Assembly: GCA_944393585.1 (NCBI GenBank)
Contig: CALYAR010000073.1
Span: 1-48,971 of the forward strand
Direction of reading: 5' to 3'
DNA length: 48,971 nucleotides
Origin: an uncultured Clostridia bacterium
Lineage (GTDB): Bacteria; Bacillota; Clostridia; CALYAR01
The translations under genes and the position numbers were made by a program. Shown piece after piece: positions 32,988 through 41,700 of this stretch (within the stretch, counting starts at the first letter, position 1; each line of letters begins with the position of its first letter). The notes under the pieces were generated by a model, which saw only the letters and a list, made by a program, of their open reading frames with translations, searched no databases and was not told the origin of the DNA.

Positions 32988-33027
32988 AAGGCGGGCGGAA
33001 TATTTTCCGGCCGCCTTATTTGTATTT
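32988..33027 (+). terminator. Rho-independent terminator candidate downstream of the AraC/GlcG unit
   Basis: A 13-bp stem AAGGCGGGCGGAA/TTCCGGCCGCCTT with one central mismatch and a 4-nt loop. A T-rich tail ATTTGTATTT follows. Confidence 0.55.
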
Positions 33028-33282
33028 ATGAAAATCGTTTTGAAGACAGGGCGGAAATATTGACCGGTATTTTTGAGTAGACACCCAGCAATCTGGCAGA
33101 GGGATGAAAGACGGCCACCATGCACTCCTTTCTGTCCATAAAATGAAACCTGTGAAAAAGGAAAAAAGAGACTGTTTGATTTAATAATTTATAAACAAAT
33201 CGCAATCAATTCTAAAACATGGCACAGTTACAATCAAATCATCAAGTGCGGAAGCACAAAAAATCGAATGGAGGCCGTTAAA

Positions 33283-33651
33283 ATGAAGAAAAAAGATTTT
33301 GTTACGCTGATCATGAGCACAGTAGGAGGCATCTTGTTTGCCTTGGGTATGTGTATGGCACTGCTGCCGGAGTGGGGAGCAATGACACAAGGGATTGTAA
33401 TCGGCATTGTCGGAGCCGTAATTCTGTTAGCCATGATTTTTGTCCGCCGGAAGATGGGCGGAAAGCCTGCGATTGTCCTGAATGGGAAAGCAATCGGAAT
33501 CACCCTGCTTGGCGTATTCGGAGCCGTTGTCTTGGGAGTCGGCATGTGCATGACGATGGTATGGGAGATGATGATTCCCGGAATCATCGTTGGCATTTGC
33601 GGTATTGTCGCTCTGCTTTGCCTGATCCCTGCTGTGCGGGGATTAAAATAG
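33283..33651 (+). CDS. Small 4-TM membrane protein with an internally duplicated GMC hairpin; unknown function
   Basis: The GGAGG RBS lies 8 nt before the ATG at 33283. It has two TM hairpins, each with LG.GMCM...G/PGI.VGI.G. Confidence 0.7.
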   Translation: MKKKDFVTLIMSTVGGILFALGMCMALLPEWGAMTQGIVIGIVGAVILLAMIFVRRKMGGKPAIVLNGKAIGITLLGVFGAVVLGVGMCMTMVWEMMIPGIIVGICGIVALLCLIPAVRGLK

Positions 33652-33718
33652 GAAAAAGCAATGTTGTGCCAAAGATGGATTCTTTCGATTATGGCTGGAG
33701 AAGGGCTTAACGGTTGAT

Positions 33719-33837
33719 CCTGTCCGCAGCTGCAATGAAGCGCAGAGAACCAGCTTTGATGCGGCAAAGGGTGAGTCCAAATCAAAGCGGGAAGAACAGA
33801 GCAGCCTCAATGTGAATCGGGCTGCGGCGCGGACAGG
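33719..33837 (+). ncRNA. Candidate structured RNA element (unclassified)
   Basis: A 9-bp closing helix CCTGTCCGC/GCGGACAGG (33719-27 and 33829-37) encloses two internal hairpins. These are GCTTTGAT/ATCAAAGC (33753-60 and 33781-88) and GCAGCC/GGCTGC (33801-06 and 33820-25). The element lies in a roughly 600-nt stretch with no start-codon-initiated ORF. I recognised no known riboswitch signature. Confidence 0.2.
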
Positions 33838-34263
33838 GGGGAAGAAGCTATTTCCAAACCAAAAGAACAAACCGTTCGGGTCCAGACACGGATTGGGAAA
33901 GCAAAGACGAAAAGATGAACTTTTTACAGCATCATAATGAATCCGGGCCTGAACACGTCTTACACGTTCAGGTCAAAATTTTTTGCAAAAGCTCAAAATG
34001 CAAACAAAACTTTAACATCTCCATGCTACTATTAAGACAGCAGGAGACTAGAGGATGGCCCAAATATCTTTGATGGAGGCGGGGTAAGAGCGTATACGTC
34101 TATCGATATCAGAACAGTTATGAGATGGCAGAATGCTTCGGTGCCAATGAAGCGTATGATGTTATATGCGGCAGCCCTTCGCTCGTTCCGGCACCATAAT
34201 ACCAGGGATATTTCCGCAGCAGGAAAAGACAGTAAGTTTACAATAAAAATAGGAGAATTCAAA

Positions 34264-35157
34264 ATGGAGAAACTGAAAAAGCTTTTGCATAGACTGGTAT
34301 TTCCGGGTACGGCAGTTGTGATTCTTAGTGTTCCGGCGGCGGCTGGATTACTGGCTTATACTTTCCTGATTGCCGGGGAGGAAAGTTCCATCGCCTATGT
34401 GTCTTATGTAGTCTCGGCCTACGCTTTGACCATTGTCTGCACCAATCTGGTTCCCATGATACGAAAAGGATATCGATGGATTCATCAGAATCCATTTGTT
34501 AGCCGTTTTTTGGAAGATATCCCATATAAGCTGCGCCTCTCACTTCACTTATCCCTCGGAATCAATCTATTGTATGCAGGCGTCAATGCTTTTTCGGGAA
34601 TTTGCTACCATTCTGTTTGGTTTGGAACATTAGCGGCTTACTATCTCTTTTTGGCAGTCATGCGTTATTTGCTGGTGCGGCGTATTCCTAAAAACGACTT
34701 AAAAAAGAAACGGACTGCTGAATTCAAGCGCTACCGGCTGTGCGGCGCCATTTTGATGATGATGAATATAACGCTGGCCGGTGTGGTGATACTCGTACTT
34801 TATCAAAATAGAAGTTTTCAATATGCCGGCTCACTGATTTATGTGATGGCATTGTATACCTTCTATATTACCATCATGGCAATGATTAATGTGGTGCGGT
34901 ACCGAAAATACCAAAGTCCTGTAATGTCTGCGGCGCGGGCTGTCAATTTGGCGGCAGCATTGGTTTCTATGCTGTCGTTAGAGACAGCCATGCTGACCCG
35001 GTTTGACGATGGGAGTGCTGCGCCTTTTTTCCGCCGGATTATGATCGGGACTACCGGAGGAGTCGTATGTATCATTGTTGTGGCAATGGGAATATACATG
35101 ATTGTCCGATCCACGAGGCAGTTAAGGAAGCTGCGCAATAACATTTCAGAAACATAA
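34264..35157 (+). CDS. Polytopic membrane protein, unknown function
   Basis: ATG at 34264 follows an AGGAG RBS (MEKLKKLLHRLVFPGTAVVIL). About 6-7 TM segments. The ORF-track start at 34120 adds a non-hydrophobic 48-aa extension with no RBS. Confidence 0.75.
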   Translation: MEKLKKLLHRLVFPGTAVVILSVPAAAGLLAYTFLIAGEESSIAYVSYVVSAYALTIVCTNLVPMIRKGYRWIHQNPFVSRFLEDIPYKLRLSLHLSLGINLLYAGVNAFSGICYHSVWFGTLAAYYLFLAVMRYLLVRRIPKNDLKKKRTAEFKRYRLCGAILMMMNITLAGVVILVLYQNRSFQYAGSLIYVMALYTFYITIMAMINVVRYRKYQSPVMSAARAVNLAAALVSMLSLETAMLTRFDDGSAAPFFRRIMIGTTGGVVCIIVVAMGIYMIVRSTRQLRKLRNNISET

Positions 35158-35227
35158 ATTGATTCTTTTAAATACAACGAAACATTATGGCGGAACTGAT
35201 TCAATCAAACGGAAAGGGTGATTTATT

Positions 35228-35608
35228 ATGGAAAATAAAAGAGAAACTTTCAGCTATACCTACTCGGCAAAGCAGCAAGAGGAAATTCAGACAATCCGAA
35301 AGAAATACCTGCCTAAGGAAGAAGATAAAATGGAACAGCTGAGGCGTTTGGATCAAAGTGCTGTCAAAAAAGGAACGATCGTTTCTGTCGTGATCGGCGT
35401 GCTCAGTTCTCTGCTTTTGGGTGTGGGTATGTGCGGTACGATGGTCTGGATGCAGCAGTGGTTTATTCCTGGAATTGTGGTAGGGGTGATTGGAATTGCG
35501 GGCATAGCCGCTGCTTATCCGCTGTATTCTCATATTACCAAAAAAGAAAGAGAGAAGCTGGCCCCGCAGATTTTGAAGCTGACGGATGAGCTATCCAAGC
35601 CGGAATAA
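35228..35608 (+). CDS. Small membrane protein (charged N-domain plus one GMC TM hairpin), unknown function
   Basis: AAAGGGTGA RBS. The cytoplasmic N-domain reads YSAKQQEEIQTIRKKYLPKEEDKMEQLRRLD. The TM hairpin LGVGMCGTMVWMQQWFIPGIVVGVIGIAGI shares a motif with 33283..33651. Confidence 0.75.
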   Translation: MENKRETFSYTYSAKQQEEIQTIRKKYLPKEEDKMEQLRRLDQSAVKKGTIVSVVIGVLSSLLLGVGMCGTMVWMQQWFIPGIVVGVIGIAGIAAAYPLYSHITKKEREKLAPQILKLTDELSKPE

Positions 35609-35615
35609 CTAGATG

Positions 35616-35655
35616 GACTGGACAAAAGGGAGATTTCCTGCTGTCCGGTCTTTTT
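35616..35655 (+). terminator. Rho-independent terminator candidate
   Basis: A 9-bp stem GACTGGACA/TGTCCGGTC (one G-U pair) followed by a T5 run, immediately after the stop at 35608. Confidence 0.6.
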
Positions 35656-35895
35656 AGTCATACTTGCTGCCAAGCTCTGTCAAAACGAAATATCGGGTTA
35701 ACTGTGCGAGCATGCTGAAAGTGCATTCTGAGGATGGATAGCCATATCTGCCCTGCCGCAACAAAATGATAACACGATAGCGCATCACTTTCTCCAAAGC
35801 CGCTGGAAACATCCCATTGTGCCGGCAAAACAACATTTGCTGAAAAATACACTTGTTGAGACAATGCCCAAAAGGTATGAATAAAAATAAATACA

Positions 35896-35931
35896 AAGTA
35901 TTAGACATGATTCTAAAAGTATAGTATACTT
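35896..35931 (+). promoter_or_regulatory. Candidate promoter of the ApbE operon with a palindrome over the -10
   Basis: -35 TTAGAC (35901-06), an 18-nt spacer and -10 TATACT (35925-30). A 13-bp palindrome AGTATAgTATACT spans 35919-31. The 14-mer AAGTATTAGACATG is shared with the MerR promoter at 24702. Confidence 0.35.
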
Positions 35932-35992
35932 TTGTTCGTAAGCTGGATGCAAAATAATCCATAGACAGGCTTACAAACAGAAAGGTGAACCA

Positions 35993-37024
35993 ATGAGGAC
36001 GTTAAAACATATATTGGCTGTAATTTTACTCACAGTAACTATGGCGGGATGCAGCACACAAACAGCGGAGGAGGCGCAAAGGGCAGAAAGAAGCTTTTTT
36101 GCGATGAATACTTATATGACTTTCACTGCCTATGGAGAAAACGCTCAGACGGCTTTGCAGAAATCAGAGGAACTGATTTCTGATGCGGAGTCCCTTTGGT
36201 CCGTTACCAATGGGGATAGCGAGATTTACCGGGCAAATCACAGCGGCGGGCAGACAATTACAGTCAGCAGCGAGACGGCAGATCTGATTTCCTTTGCTTT
36301 AGATATGGCACAGAAAACGGACGGCGCGCTGGATCCCACCATTTATCCTGTGCTGACCGCCTGGGGCTTTACTACCGACAGCAAACAGGTTCCATCTCCA
36401 AAGCAGATTGAAAGCCTGCTTTCAAAAGTAGGCTATGACCGTATCCGGCTGGAAGGCGCGGCTTTGACCGTCCCGGATGGAATGGAGCTGGACCTGGGCG
36501 CAGTAGCAAAAGGCTACGCTGCTGATCTGGTCACGGACGTATTGAAAGAACATGGTATTGAGTCCGCACTCATCAGCCTTGGAGGAAACATTCAAGCCAT
36601 TGGTTCCCGGCCCGACGACAGTGACTGGCGGATCGGGATCCGCGCTCCGTGGGAGGATGGAAACCTGGGTGTGCTGGAGATCAGCGACTCGGCAGTAGTG
36701 ACCTCCGGTGGGTATGAAAAATACTTTGAAGATGAAAATGGAAATATCCATTGGCATATTCTCGACCCGTCTACTGGTTATCCGGCGGACAGTGGACTGC
36801 AGTCTGTTACTGTTATTGGCAAAGAGGGCAAGCTGTGTGATGCACTTTCCACAGCTTTATTTGTAATGGGAGCGGAAAATGCGGAAGCATACTGGCGGGA
36901 GACAGGCGGATTTGACATGCTGCTGGTCACCGATGAAAATGAGATTATTCTGACAGAAGGGATCGCCGGCCGATTTTCTCTGGGCGATGAACGAACTGAG
37001 ACAGTTCGGGTGCTGGAATCATGA
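35993..37024 (+). CDS. apbE: FAD:protein FMN transferase (ApbE family), lipoprotein
   Basis: Lipobox VTMAGC. ApbE signatures are present: GALDPTIYPVLTAWGF, LDLGAVAKGYAAD, VVTSGGYEKYF, HILDPSTGYP and CDALSTALFVMG. Confidence 0.92.
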   Translation: MRTLKHILAVILLTVTMAGCSTQTAEEAQRAERSFFAMNTYMTFTAYGENAQTALQKSEELISDAESLWSVTNGDSEIYRANHSGGQTITVSSETADLISFALDMAQKTDGALDPTIYPVLTAWGFTTDSKQVPSPKQIESLLSKVGYDRIRLEGAALTVPDGMELDLGAVAKGYAADLVTDVLKEHGIESALISLGGNIQAIGSRPDDSDWRIGIRAPWEDGNLGVLEISDSAVVTSGGYEKYFEDENGNIHWHILDPSTGYPADSGLQSVTVIGKEGKLCDALSTALFVMGAENAEAYWRETGGFDMLLVTDENEIILTEGIAGRFSLGDERTETVRVLES

Positions 37025-37386
37025 AGTGGAAAAAATGGCCTTTCGTCCTGGTGGGAATCATTTTGTTAATTGGGATTGCAGGAAGCGTGCTGGTACTGCA
37101 AAGGCCCGGTACCAATTTGGTGGAAATTGTTCAAGATGGCGAAGTGCTGTATCAGTTTGACCTGCTGCAGGCAGAGGACCAAATTATCAAAGTGGAGTAC
37201 AGCGGCAGAGTTAACACGATAGAAATCAAAGACCATCAAATTCATATGCTGGAGGCAGAGTGCCCGGACAAAACCTGCGTGAACGCAGGCTGGCTGAACT
37301 CAGCAGCGCCGATTGTCTGCCTGCCAAATCATCTGGTGATCCGGTTTACAAACAACAGCAATATTGTGGATGGAGTTGTCGGCTAA
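37021..37386 (+). CDS. NusG domain II-containing protein (membrane-anchored)
   Basis: Its start overlaps the ApbE stop (ATGA). It has an N-terminal TM anchor and the CPDKTCVNAGWL...IVCLPNHLVI motif typical of the NusG_II family. Confidence 0.85.
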   Translation: MKWKKWPFVLVGIILLIGIAGSVLVLQRPGTNLVEIVQDGEVLYQFDLLQAEDQIIKVEYSGRVNTIEIKDHQIHMLEAECPDKTCVNAGWLNSAAPIVCLPNHLVIRFTNNSNIVDGVVG

Positions 37387-37400
37387 GGAGAGTGATAGGT

Positions 37401-37898
37401 TTGAAAGCCAGAAGATTAACGGAATTAGCATTACTCACTGCGGTAGCCCTGATTATCTTTGTAGTGGAATTGCAGATTCCCAACCCTGTTCCCATTGCCG
37501 GAGTGAAGCTGGGGCTGGCAAATATCATTACGGTATATGCCATGTATCATTACCGGGCAAATGAGGTCTTTCTGATTGTCGTTGTCCGAATCCTTCTTGG
37601 CTCATTTTTTTCTGGAAATATAATGACGCTCCTGTACAGCATGGCCGGAGGTTTGCTGTGCCTTGCGGGGATGCTGCTGATGAAACCTTTGCTTCCCGAA
37701 AAGTATATTTGGGTATGCAGTGTGTTGGGTGCAGTGTTGCACAACATCGGACAAACAGCAGTTGCTTGTCTGATTGCTGGATGGGGAATGATCGTTTACC
37801 TCCCGTTTCTGCTGGTATCCGGCTGCATTGCCGGTACATTTACGGGGATCTGTGCGCAGCTGTTGATTTGGCGGCGGATTAAGAAGCCAAATGGCTAG
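37401..37898 (+). CDS. Gx transporter family protein (heptaprenyl diphosphate synthase component I-like membrane protein)
   Basis: The TTG at 37401 follows an AAGGAG RBS (37385-90). The sequence LTELALLTAVALIIFVVELQIPNPVPIAGVKLGLANIITV and 5 TM segments fit the family. The ORF-track start at 37260 lies inside the upstream gene. Confidence 0.8.
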   Translation: MKARRLTELALLTAVALIIFVVELQIPNPVPIAGVKLGLANIITVYAMYHYRANEVFLIVVVRILLGSFFSGNIMTLLYSMAGGLLCLAGMLLMKPLLPEKYIWVCSVLGAVLHNIGQTAVACLIAGWGMIVYLPFLLVSGCIAGTFTGICAQLLIWRRIKKPNG

Positions 37899-38597
37899 GC
37901 CATGACTGACAGGGAGCTGAATTGAAAGGTAAGGCTAGGGTGTTCATCATGAGAGGATTAACGTTTCAAGTGCTAAATTAAACAGTATCCCTGTTTGTAT
38001 GTGGAATAATTCTTAATCTGGAAACAGGAAAATACGGGGGGTGTAATTTTGACAAGAGAAGTGTCCGCAGTACGTTTTTGAACTAAAACAAGAGCACCTC
38101 AAGATTTGACGTTCGGGTTGGGATGGGTAATCGAATTTCCTGATTTTACAGTCTTTTTCGGTTCAGCCCCGGTACATCGAAGACCAGTGTTCCGATCGTA
38201 CTTAGATATAACAGATGATCGTACCAGGATTTTAATGCAGGATTAGAATATAATCTATGTGTTTGGCGGATGGGAACAGCAGGTTTGGCCCGCATAAGAA
38301 AAGTACACAGAAATAGCTTTGTTGTCAATACTATCTTGGAAACGGAGTTTTTACTTTTTGATCTATATCCCGTTAAAAGTTGACAGATATTATTATTTTA
38401 TTAGCATATGTAATGAAAAATTATTTTTTGCTTGATTTTAGAAATAAAATGAATTTATAATTTAATTACCATATTTAATTTACCTATCTTTGCATGGAAC
38501 TGGATGACATGCAGGAAATTTTGGTTTCAATGGAAGAAAAATTTCATTCGTTCCATGACTAGTTTTTATAGCTGTCCGGCGGATATTCAACCATAAT

Positions 38598-38772
38598 ACG
38601 GATGGCAGATCATAAATATTAAAAGAAATATTGTCCTGGCATGATCTGTAATCAGAGGAAGGAATCCGTCCGATGTACTCTTTCGCACTGCCCCAATCTT
38701 ATACAATTTCAAATTGCGAATAAATGGGTTACCATTTGTTTGATACACAAATTTATTAAGGAGGATGGGAAA
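38598..38772 (+). promoter_or_regulatory. Conserved 5' leader of the second SLH protein gene (homologous to 1472..1596)
   Basis: It has the same conserved blocks as the first leader. The inverted repeat AAATGG-N4-CCATTT (38722-37) precedes the AAGGAGG RBS. Confidence 0.4.
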
Positions 38773-41700
38773 ATGCGTACAAAACCACTCAAAAAAGGGC
38801 TGTCTGGATTGCTTTGTGCAGCCATGCTGTTTACGGCAGCGCCTGTTTTTGCTGCACCAGGAGGCGGGGACACTGACCTGCCGAAACTGGTTTACGCAGC
38901 TGCCGCTCCGAATGAGACGGCGGCGGAAACGGCCCAATCACTGGAACTGGATCATATCACCGCTTTGGTACGGCTGGATGCTCTCTACATAGGGGATCAG
39001 GTGCCGGTTATCGTTACGGCCTATGCCGCTGACGAAACCCCCTTATTGCCGCAAAGCTATGAGCTGGAAGTGCAAAGCGGGGATGAAGATGTCATTGCAG
39101 TCCAGGATGGAAAGCTGTCGGCAAAAAGCGTTGGAGAAGCTGAGATTACGGTCACAGCTGCCAGCGGATCAAACTCTGCCGAAGCAAAATTTACGGTTTC
39201 GGTAAAAGAGCTTGCTCCGGCTAAGACGCGTTCTACCTTTTACACGGAAGAGGAACGTGCCAACGCCCAGGAAAACATTGCAAAATACGACTGGGCATCC
39301 AGTCTACAGCAGAACGCCGTAAAAGCTGCAGACGTGTATGTAAATATGGACAACGAGGAACTATGGGGAATGGTTCCCTCGCAGATGATTCCGAGAAGCT
39401 ATGCGGTAACCAGCCCGCAGACAATCGGATGCTTAAACTGCGGCTCCGAAGTAAATGAATTTGGAAATTATCCTTATATCATTGATTCTGCCGGGATGCC
39501 TTGGAAGCTTACCTGTCCGAACTGCAAGATGGTATTCCCGACCAATGATTTTGAAGCCTATTACGAAGGCGGCCTGGATGAAGACGGCTGCTTCAATCCG
39601 GATCTTGCCAAGGCGCATAATGACGAGCTGATTGCAAAAGGCGAGCCTGGAAATCTGGTCAATATCCTCTATCCGGAAAAAGGGGAGAGCTGGGGCGTGG
39701 ACGACGGTACCGGCTATATTGCAGAGGACGGGCAGAAATATACGTTCGTTGCCTACTACAATCACGAGGGACTGTGGCACGGAGGCGAGATAGTCGACGC
39801 ACTGACTGCCCTGCGGGATGCCTATCTTTATACGGGAGATGTGAAATACGCCAATAAGGGCGTCATTCTTCTCGACCGAATTGCAGACGTATATCCGGAC
39901 CTGGATTTGGATATCTGGAATTACCAGGATGGCTATTTAAACAGCAACGGACATTCCAACCGCGGAAAAGCGATTGGTTCCATTTGGGAAACCTCCGTTG
40001 CCAACGTCTCTATCACTGCTTATGACGCCTTTTACCCGGCGTTAGCGGATGATTCTGCGGCGCCCTGCACCGAAGCGCTGGAATTCCTGGCTGGCAAAAA
40101 TCCGGCTAAGGCCAATGCAGCCCGCGTCCGCGTGAATATGGAGGACGGGATCCTGCGGGAGATACTGCCTGCGGTCGAACGCGGTGAGATCCGCGGCAAC
40201 AGCGGAATGCACCAGACAACGCTTGCCAATGCAGCCGTTGTATTGGACAGTATGCCGGAAAGCAAGGAATGGCTCGATTTTGACTTCCAGGCTGGTACGG
40301 CAAAAGCCCAGGAAGTAACGGGAGGAAACATCAGCGTGGAGCTGATCGATCGCGTTGACCGCGATGGAAACGGTAACGAAGGCGCTCCCGGTTACAACTC
40401 GCTCTGGATCCGTACCTATCTGAATGTAGCCAATGTCTTGGACGGATATGTGATCAATGGAACCGACATTTCCTATGACCTTTATGACAACGTCAAATTC
40501 CGCAAAATGTTCGCTTCGAACTATCCGCTGATCCTTTCCAGCGGTTATTCGCCCAATATCGGCGATACGGGAACTGCCGGCGGAAAAGCTTTGCAGGTGA
40601 CGCTGGAAAACATGGTAAAGGCATTTTCCAAGTTCGGCGATATTGAATTTGCCCAGGTAGCTTATTTGCTGAGCGCAAACAGTACGGCAAATATCAAACT
40701 TGGAATTTTCGACAAAGATCCGGAAGCAATTGCGGCAGAGATCCAGAAGGTCATCGATACAAACGGCGAAATTGATCTGGATGCGACGAATCTCACAGGT
40801 TTCGGTTTTGCCGCACTGCGCGACGGCGATCCTGGAAAAGCTGCCACGATTGAGGGGGAGGAATTTGTATTTAATTCCCTTAACCACAACGAGTCTGTTG
40901 CTACAAAATATTTTGATAAGAATTCAACGCTGCAACTGGAAGCATCTGTACCCGGCGATTTCATCGAGTTTACATTCCAGGCGGAAAGCACCGGTCTCCA
41001 GAACATTTATATCAATATGTGGACAGCCGGCTCATACGGAGTTTATGACGTCTATGTAAATGGTGAAAAGCTGCCAGAACCGCTTTCGTTCCTGGGTGCT
41101 GGAGTCCAGGTGAAAAAGGCCGGGACTGCAGAGATTCTGCCAGGGGAAAATACCATCAAATTCGTGATGAACGACTCCCAGCCCGGCAAAGCGGGATTCC
41201 GTACCATGACGCTTGCCACTACGGGAGCAGAGGAGGCCGTTCCGAGCACAGAGCGCGATCTCTGGATGTATTATGGCAAAACCAGAGGCGTTGCTTCCCA
41301 CGGACACAGCGATGCGCTCAATATCGGGCTGCATGCGTTTGGAATGGATCTAATGCCGGATCTGGGTTATCCACGGTTTGCAGACAGCAGCGATAAACAC
41401 CGCAGTTCGTTGGTCAGCAATACGATTTCGCACAATACTGTTGTAGTGGACAATACCCGGCAGACCGGCCAGATTGTCGGACAGCCGCAGCATTTTGACG
41501 ACACGGATTTTGTAAAGCTGTTTGATGTATCGGATGAAAAAGCCTATGACGGCATAGCGGATCTGTACCGCCGTACTTCGGCCATGATCCGTATTGATAA
41601 CGAAAACAGTTATATCGTCGATCTTTTCCGCGTATCGGGAGGCGATACGCACAGTTACAGCTTCCACGGCGCGGAAACCAACCAGATCACAACGACAGGA

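Noticed and set aside
32915-33031. A 38-codon ORF (MIESLERISKDELEYRILSGALYLEGGRNIFRPPYLYL) upstream of the terminator at 32988.
   Set aside because: It has no RBS, and its 3' half is simply the terminator hairpin read as codons. There is no family resemblance.
35654-35962. A 102-aa minus-strand ORF in the intergenic region upstream of apbE.
   Set aside because: It would be the only internal minus-strand gene. It has no RBS and no recognisable domain, and its 5' end overlaps the candidate apbE promoter. It also overlaps the terminator of the upstream gene. It is probably spurious or a relic.
38146-38328. A 60-aa minus-strand ORF in the spacer before the second SLH gene, considered as a possible transposase remnant.
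   Set aside because: I could not match the translation to any IS family motif (no DDE or HTH signature). No inverted repeats flank it. It is too weak to call a mobile element.
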